Assembly: GCA_965248695.1 (NCBI GenBank)
Contig: CBDFKD010000002.1
Span: 448,001 to 512,000 of the forward strand
DNA: 64,000 nucleotides
Source: Acidobacteriota bacterium
GTDB lineage: Bacteria > Acidobacteriota > UBA890 > WLXD01
Direction: 5' to 3'
Position numbers and translations under genes: made by a program
Shown here: positions 58,252 to 64,000 of the stretch, in pieces
Layout: the number at the start of each line of letters is the position of its first letter
Numbering within the stretch: position 1 is the stretch's first letter
Notes under the pieces: generated by a model
What the model was told of the DNA's origin: nothing
What the model saw: only the letters and a program-made list of their open reading frames with translations
Databases searched by the model: none

Positions 58252-59933
58252 GCATCGACGGGGCCGCCGCGGCGGAACCGTCCGTTGACCACGTCAACGT
58301 TGCCGCCTACCTCCCCGAGATGGCCGTCCGCCAGCCGGACACGCTGGCCGTGGCCGTGGCCGCCGGAAGGAACCGCGACGGAACCGCGCGCTACGTTCGC
58401 CTCACGGCGCTCGAGCTCGATCGCCGCTCCGACCGCATCGCCCATGCCCTGGTCGGCGTCGGAATCGGCGAAGGCGTGCGCACGGTCCTCATGGTCAAGC
58501 CCAGCCTGGACTTCTTCGCCCTGACGTTCGCGATGCTCAAGGTCGGGGCCGTCCCCGTGATGGTCGATCCTGGCATGGGAACCAGGAACCTCCGCACTTG
58601 CCTGGACGAAGCGGAGCCGGAGGCTTTCATCGGTATCCCGAAGGCGCACGCGGCTCGCGCCGTGCTCGGTTGGGCCAGGAAGACGGTTCGCACCAAGGTG
58701 ACGGTCGGCCGCAGGCTCTTCTGGGGCGGGCACGTATTAGCTAAGCTGGAAGCTGCCATCCTCGACCAGCCCTACCCGGTGCTCGAGCCCGACCCCGAGC
58801 AGACCGCCGCGATCCTCTTCACCAGCGGTAGCACCGGTGTCCCGAAGGGCGTGGTGATGCCGTTTCGCGTGTTCGCCGCCCAGGTAGAGGCACTCAGGAA
58901 TGTCTACGGGATCGAGCCAGGCGAGCGCGACCTCGCCACCTTCCCGCTGTTCGCGCTGTTCGGTCCGGCGCTGGGCATGGCCTCGATCGTTCCGGACATG
59001 GACGCCAGTCGTCCCGGTGCGGCCGACCCCGAGCGCCTCTTCGAGGCCTTGAACGACTTCCAGTGCACCAACCTCTTCGCCTCACCCGCCCTGATAGACA
59101 AGCTCGGCCGGCACTGCAGCGACCAGGGGCTCGAACTCTCGTCGCTGCGGCGTGCCCTCTCGGCCGGTGCGCCCGCGTCGACGCCGGCGCTGGAGCGCTT
59201 TCAGAGGGCGCTGCCGGAGGGCGTGGAGGTCCTGACCTCGTACGGCGCCACGGAGTCGCTGCCCGTCTCCGTGATGGGAAGCGAAGCGATTCTGCGCGAG
59301 ACAAGCCAGATTACCGATCGCGGCGGGGGAGTGTGCGTAGGTCGACCCGTGCCGGGCTTGGACGTGCGCATCATCCCCGTCCACGACGAGCCGTTGGAGG
59401 CCTGGTCGGAAGACCTGCCGTTGCCGGTGGGTGAGATCGGGGAGATCGCGGTGCGCGGAGCCGTGGTCACGCCGTCCTACTACAAACGCCCCGAGGCGAC
59501 CAAGCTGGCCAAGATCCGCGGGTCGGACGGCCGGCTCTGGCACCGCATGGGCGACGTCGGTTACCTCGACGAGCAGGACCGTATCTGGATGTGCGGCCGC
59601 AAGGACCATCGCGTGCAGACGGCACAGGGAACGATGTTCACCATCCCCTGCGAGGCAGTCTTCAACACCCACCCGGCCGTTCGTCGCAGCGCACTCGTCG
59701 GCGTAACGCGGTCCGGGCTGGTCCAGCCGGTGCTGTGCGTGGAGCGAGCGCCCGGCCACGATATTCGATCAGGGGCGTTGACGCGGGAGCTTCTGGGTAT
59801 CGCCAAGGAGCACGAGCACACGAGTCGCATCGAGACCGTGCTCTACCACGACTCCTTTCCCGTCGACGTCCGTCACAACGCCAAGATCTTCCGCGAGAAG
59901 CTCGCCGTCTGGGCGCAGGAGCAGTTCCCGTGA
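58248..59933 (+). CDS. oleC: OleC beta-lactone synthetase (AMP-forming)
   Basis: FTSGSTGVPKG, DLATFPLFALF, YGATESLPV, PVDVRHNAKIFREKL. Confidence 0.92.
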   Translation: MSIDGAAAAEPSVDHVNVAAYLPEMAVRQPDTLAVAVAAGRNRDGTARYVRLTALELDRRSDRIAHALVGVGIGEGVRTVLMVKPSLDFFALTFAMLKVGAVPVMVDPGMGTRNLRTCLDEAEPEAFIGIPKAHAARAVLGWARKTVRTKVTVGRRLFWGGHVLAKLEAAILDQPYPVLEPDPEQTAAILFTSGSTGVPKGVVMPFRVFAAQVEALRNVYGIEPGERDLATFPLFALFGPALGMASIVPDMDASRPGAADPERLFEALNDFQCTNLFASPALIDKLGRHCSDQGLELSSLRRALSAGAPASTPALERFQRALPEGVEVLTSYGATESLPVSVMGSEAILRETSQITDRGGGVCVGRPVPGLDVRIIPVHDEPLEAWSEDLPLPVGEIGEIAVRGAVVTPSYYKRPEATKLAKIRGSDGRLWHRMGDVGYLDEQDRIWMCGRKDHRVQTAQGTMFTIPCEAVFNTHPAVRRSALVGVTRSGLVQPVLCVERAPGHDIRSGALTRELLGIAKEHEHTSRIETVLYHDSFPVDVRHNAKIFREKLAVWAQEQFP

Positions 59934-60949
59934 AGGCCTTGGTCACCGGGGCAGGCGGGTTCGTGGGCGGAGCCGTCGCGCGAGCGCTGCGGACGCAGGG
60001 CGACGACGTCCGGGGCTTCTCCCGCGGATCCCACCCGGAGCTCAGCGCGATGGGCGTCGACCAGCGCCGCGGCGACATCGCGGACGACCGCGCGGTGCAG
60101 GACGCCGTGCGCGGGGTGGACGTGGTCTTCCACGCCGCCGCCAAGGTGGCGGCGGGCGGGCGTTACGCCGACTTCCACGCCACCAACGTGCGTGGGACCG
60201 ACAACGTCATCGCCGCATGCCGGAAGTGTGGTGTGCCGGTTCTGGTGTACACGTCGACGCCGAGTGTGGCGTTCGGGCGGTCGGATCTGGAGGGCGTGGA
60301 CGAATCGATCGGGTACTCCGATCAGCACGACTCGCTCTACGGACGCACCAAGGCCGAAGCCGAGCGGCTGTTGCTGGCCGCCGCCTCGGACGAGCTGCGC
60401 ACCGTGGCGCTGCGGCCGCACCTGGTGTGGGGCCCCGGAGATACGTCTCTCCTTCCGCGAGTGGTGCAGCGGGGCCGGAGCGGAGCGCTCCGCCGCATCG
60501 ACGGGCCCGCCAAGCGGATGGACGTCACCTACATCGACGACGCGGTCCACGCTCACCTCCTTGCCGCCGAGCGTCTGCTGGCCGGCGGCGAAGCGGCGGC
60601 GCGAGTCTGCGGCAATGCGTACTTCCTCAACTCCGGTGAACCGGTCGAGATCTGGGAGTTCATCGACCGGCTGCTGGCGGCGGCCGGCGTTGCGCCGGTC
60701 GAGAAGCACGTATCGCTGCGAGCCGCGATGGCGGCGGGATGGGTGCTCGAGGTGGTCCACGCGCTGACCGGCGCCAAGGGTGACCCGCGCATGAGCCGCT
60801 GGATCGTGCGCGAGCTGACCACCGCCCGCTGGTTCGACATCAGCGCCGCGCGTCGCGACCTGGGATACCAGCCAGGGGTGTCGCTGGACGAGGGCATGCG
60901 CCGGCTGGCCGCCTGGATCCAACCCGCTAGTACCGGGCCCGCCGCGTAG
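59930..60949 (+). CDS. oleD: OleD 2-alkyl-3-oxoacyl reductase (extended SDR)
   Basis: VTGAGGFVG, YTSTPSV, YGRTK, LRPHLVWGPGD. Confidence 0.9.
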   Translation: MKALVTGAGGFVGGAVARALRTQGDDVRGFSRGSHPELSAMGVDQRRGDIADDRAVQDAVRGVDVVFHAAAKVAAGGRYADFHATNVRGTDNVIAACRKCGVPVLVYTSTPSVAFGRSDLEGVDESIGYSDQHDSLYGRTKAEAERLLLAAASDELRTVALRPHLVWGPGDTSLLPRVVQRGRSGALRRIDGPAKRMDVTYIDDAVHAHLLAAERLLAGGEAAARVCGNAYFLNSGEPVEIWEFIDRLLAAAGVAPVEKHVSLRAAMAAGWVLEVVHALTGAKGDPRMSRWIVRELTTARWFDISAARRDLGYQPGVSLDEGMRRLAAWIQPASTGPAA

Positions 60950-60980
60950 CGCCGCGCCGGAGCCAGGGCTCGGCAAGTGC

Positions 60981-62270
60981 TCAGTGCCAGTCGAGACGAT
61001 GCGCAGCGGCAATCGCTTCGGCGCGCGCCCGCGGGACGTGCGCGACGGCGGCGTACTCCGGCCACCGCGCCACCGTTGCCGACACATCGTCGAGGATCGA
61101 CAGCGCCAGCCCGCGCCGCAGCAGGGCGAGTTTGCCGAGCGCCAAGAAGTCGGCGGCTTCAAAGCGGTCGCGCTTGCGGTTGAGGCTCATCTGCTGCCGG
61201 GCGGTCCACGCCCCCTGCGGGTTGTAGCTGTAGGTCACGTCGAAGGCCGGAGCGAGCGACCAGTTCCCAGCGCGATCCATCAGGAACGCGACGTTCTTGA
61301 CATGATCGTCTTGGTTGCGCGCCACGATGTTGAACACCATGCGCCGGAACATCTGCTCGCGGCTGGCAGCGGGTAGAACGAGGCGCGCCATCACCTCGAA
61401 CGCCTGCTCGTAGGAGTGGGCTCCGGCGAGATTGAAGTCGTAGTGGGCGATGGCTCCCAGCGACAGCATGTGCAGCCGGCCCCCGCGCGCCGTACGGTCG
61501 AACCGGCGCGTCATGAAGTGATGTCGGGGTCCGTCGTCGAGAACCCGACACTCCGCCATCTCGATCCCCGCCTCCAAGGCCATGAGGTGATAGGCGTACT
61601 CGATGAGGCCGTAGCCGGCGGGGTCTTCCATCTCCTTGTCCCGGTTGCCAGCCACGCCGTCGAGCTTCAGGATCCAGTGCGAGAACCCGGCGGGCGCGGC
61701 GAGTTGACCGGAACGTACCTCGCCGGTATCGGGGTTCCAGGCAATTACCGCCTTGGCACGGGCACCGCCTGCCGACGTACCCACGCGCAGAATCTGCTCC
61801 AACCCCTCCGCGTCGAGTGCGTGCTGGAGATCCTGTCGCTGCGAGAGCACGTCGCTCGCCAGCTCGACGAGATGGTCCACTTGCAGCTGCTCGTCGGCTG
61901 TTGCGCTGGGACCAATCAGCGGCCGAAACTCTAGCGCTCCCATCCCACGCCGGCCGACGTAGCAAAGTCGTTCGACGGGGTCGAAATCGGTCGCGGCACG
62001 CCCCTGGGTGGCGAGCCAGGCGTCGATGAGCGCGTTGCCAAAGCGGTCGGGCAGCGAGTCGGCGAGCAGACCGGGCAGTCCCTGGAACGTCTGCCGCGAC
62101 AGCGCCGGGAAAGAGTGGATGCTCGCTCCCAGCGGCATCGTCAACGGCGCGACCTGAATGCCGCTGTCGCGGAACCCGTCGGCGTACTCGAAGAACGCCA
62201 GCGCCTGGTCCGGGTCCCACGACACCGCGCCAACCGTTCGACCCCACAGACGGACCTCGGCGAGGGTCAC
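60981..62270 (-). CDS. hipA: HipA family toxin kinase
   Basis: DSLPDRFG, SAGGARAK, RRFDR, NQDDHVKN, LAPAFD. Confidence 0.93.
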   Translation of the reverse strand: MTLAEVRLWGRTVGAVSWDPDQALAFFEYADGFRDSGIQVAPLTMPLGASIHSFPALSRQTFQGLPGLLADSLPDRFGNALIDAWLATQGRAATDFDPVERLCYVGRRGMGALEFRPLIGPSATADEQLQVDHLVELASDVLSQRQDLQHALDAEGLEQILRVGTSAGGARAKAVIAWNPDTGEVRSGQLAAPAGFSHWILKLDGVAGNRDKEMEDPAGYGLIEYAYHLMALEAGIEMAECRVLDDGPRHHFMTRRFDRTARGGRLHMLSLGAIAHYDFNLAGAHSYEQAFEVMARLVLPAASREQMFRRMVFNIVARNQDDHVKNVAFLMDRAGNWSLAPAFDVTYSYNPQGAWTARQQMSLNRKRDRFEAADFLALGKLALLRRGLALSILDDVSATVARWPEYAAVAHVPRARAEAIAAAHRLDWH

Positions 62271-62623
62271 CGCTCATCACCCCAGGTCCAGGGTTCGGCC
62301 GACGTGCCTTGATCGAGCGCGGCGGCGCCCCGCGACGCGCGTTGCCTGCGCCGACCTCGCGTTCGCAGCTGCAGCATCGGGCTGACGGGCGGCTCCGGCA
62401 CCAGCACATCGAGGTTGACCACCAGATCGAGTGCCCGCAGCACCCGCACCATGTTCGTCAGGCTGGTCGACCGACCGCGCTCGAGCCTCGACACGGTGGG
62501 AACCGACACGCCGGCCTCGTCAGCCAGCCGCTCCTGCGACCAGTCCCGATTCAGCCGATGGCGAGCAAGCCGCTCCCCTACCCGTGCCAGGATTGCGGTA
62601 TCGGAATCTTCGGGTTCGTACAT
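62267..62623 (-). CDS. hipB: XRE HTH antitoxin (HipB-like)
   Basis: SQERLADEAGVSVPTVSRLERG; overlaps the hipA start. Confidence 0.85.
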   Translation of the reverse strand: MYEPEDSDTAILARVGERLARHRLNRDWSQERLADEAGVSVPTVSRLERGRSTSLTNMVRVLRALDLVVNLDVLVPEPPVSPMLQLRTRGRRRQRASRGAAALDQGTSAEPWTWGDER

Positions 62624-62730
62624 AACAAATCAATTATGATTTATTAATTGTTTAATATCAAGTAATACATCATTTTTGATCTGTTATTTAAACACCATTC
62701 TCCGCAGAACCGTGTAGGGCGATGCCACCT

Positions 62731-63495
62731 TCACTGAGTTCGGAACGTCACCTCCGAGATCATTCGATTGCCGCGCTTCTCGATGGCCACCACGCGGACC
62801 TTGTAGTCCGTCTTGCGCTGTGTGAACTCGGGCGGCACCGTTACGCTCCTTGCCTTGGCGCCGACCTCGACAGAGAACGAACGCGGTTTCTTATCGAGGC
62901 TGGTGACCACGACCTCGTAGCCGACGGTCTTGGCGCGAAGCCGGGGTGGGCCGACATTAGGCATCCATTGGATGACAACGTCCCCGGGGTCGATGCCGGT
63001 GTCGCCCTCCAGGGGGAGAAGGAGTAGCGGCGCGGGCGGAAGCGCGTGCGTCAGCGGCGCCGATCCCGTCAGCGGCATTCCATCCGCTGTCGTCCCGTTG
63101 AAGGTGTACTCCCCCTCCGGAAAGAGGGCGAGGAGGTCCTCTAGAGGCTGCTCGTCGAAAGATGGCTCGGCGCTCTCGAAGAACAACTCCGTGATGCCCT
63201 GATTCCCCACCGGCCCGTCGGTGAATATGTCGGTGATCGGATCGTTGCTCGGGTCGCGCACAGACATGAAGTCCCAGCCCTCACCATCGAGGAAGATCTG
63301 GATTCCGGCGTCGCCATCCGTGTCATTGACTTCGATGAAGATGGCCGCGTCAGCGAGTGGAATCCTCGCCTGAGCGTGTGGACCCGTCTGGCCCAACGCC
63401 TCGTTCCTGGCGGCCGAGCCCGCGGCGCCCACAACGAGCGCGGCGCAAATCAGCGCCCAACGGGTCCAATTCGAACGAGTGTATTGACTCCTCAC
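62731..63495 (-). CDS. Secreted hypothetical protein with C-terminal Fn3-like domain
   Basis: Signal peptide; IEVNDTDGDAGIQIFLDGEGW..FESAEP; start codon uncertain. Confidence 0.65.
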   Translation of the reverse strand: MRSQYTRSNWTRWALICAALVVGAAGSAARNEALGQTGPHAQARIPLADAAIFIEVNDTDGDAGIQIFLDGEGWDFMSVRDPSNDPITDIFTDGPVGNQGITELFFESAEPSFDEQPLEDLLALFPEGEYTFNGTTADGMPLTGSAPLTHALPPAPLLLLPLEGDTGIDPGDVVIQWMPNVGPPRLRAKTVGYEVVVTSLDKKPRSFSVEVGAKARSVTVPPEFTQRKTDYKVRVVAIEKRGNRMISEVTFRTQ

Positions 63496-63767
63496 CACAA
63501 CCTCCTGATCTCGCTGGCCGCCGTGGCGGCGGCCAGACACGCGCAGATCTTTCTGCCTAGTGGGTCATGGGAGATCCTGAACGCGTTCGCGCCACCGGCC
63601 GACCCCGCTCGAGAAGTGCACCGTGCAGGGTGGTTCGAAACCGAGTAACGTCGCACGCTACGCGGGCAGGTCCCACGTGTACGGAATTCGGCAACTCGGG
63701 CGCCGAGTGGACGGCCGACGGTGTGGTGTCTTGTCGCCGGTCCGCTGGACGCCCTCGGGAGGGCACC

Positions 63768-64000
63768 ATGACCGACGAAACGACTCTGTTTGAAGGCAGT
63801 TGTGCCTGCGGCGCCGTGCGCGTAGCCGTCACCGGGACACCGCGTGCCGCCGGCTATTGCCACTGCGAGTCTTGTCGCCGGTGGCATACCGCCCCGATCA
63901 ACGCCTGGGCCGCGTGGCCGGGTGACGCGGTGACCATTACCAAGGGCGAGGATGACCTCATCCAATACGACGCCTACCGACTTCGTCAGTTCGAAGACCA
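63768..64000 (+). CDS. GFA (CENP-V) family protein, runs off the window end
   Basis: GGAGG RBS; MTDETTLFEGSCACGAVR..CHCESCRR. Confidence 0.85.
   Translation, partial: MTDETTLFEGSCACGAVRVAVTGTPRAAGYCHCESCRRWHTAPINAWAAWPGDAVTITKGEDDLIQYDAYRLRQFED

Noticed and set aside
63600-63680. GGTTCGAAACC resembling a tRNA T-loop
   Set aside because: No cloverleaf, acceptor stem or CCA could be built.

Overview
High-GC bacterial DNA. The PadR + duplicated orphan permease pair, the VPS10/BNR protein and the DUF1592/DUF1552/ankyrin cluster suggest an Acidobacteriota- or Gemmatimonadota-like host (inference only). Three zones are visible. (1) About 5-27 kb is a decaying accessory region: short genes and gene fragments, two frameshifts, three in-frame TGA stops, two IS3-family elements without target duplications, a solo IS21-type end, one complete and several broken attC-like sites, and a doubly truncated integron integrase next to two toxin-antitoxin modules. 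It reads as a degraded integron cassette array. (2) About 28-41 kb holds intact genes for exported proteins: S9 peptidase, YncE-like propeller, VPS10/BNR protein and DUF1592-DUF1552-ankyrin. (3) 41.6-60.9 kb is an intact, tightly coupled pfaD-pfaA-pfaBC-oleA-oleB-oleC-oleD operon, a PUFA-synthase-type PKS joined to the head-to-head olefin pathway, followed by hipBA. No rRNA, tRNA or CRISPR array was seen. All family assignments come from motif recognition by eye, not database searches.
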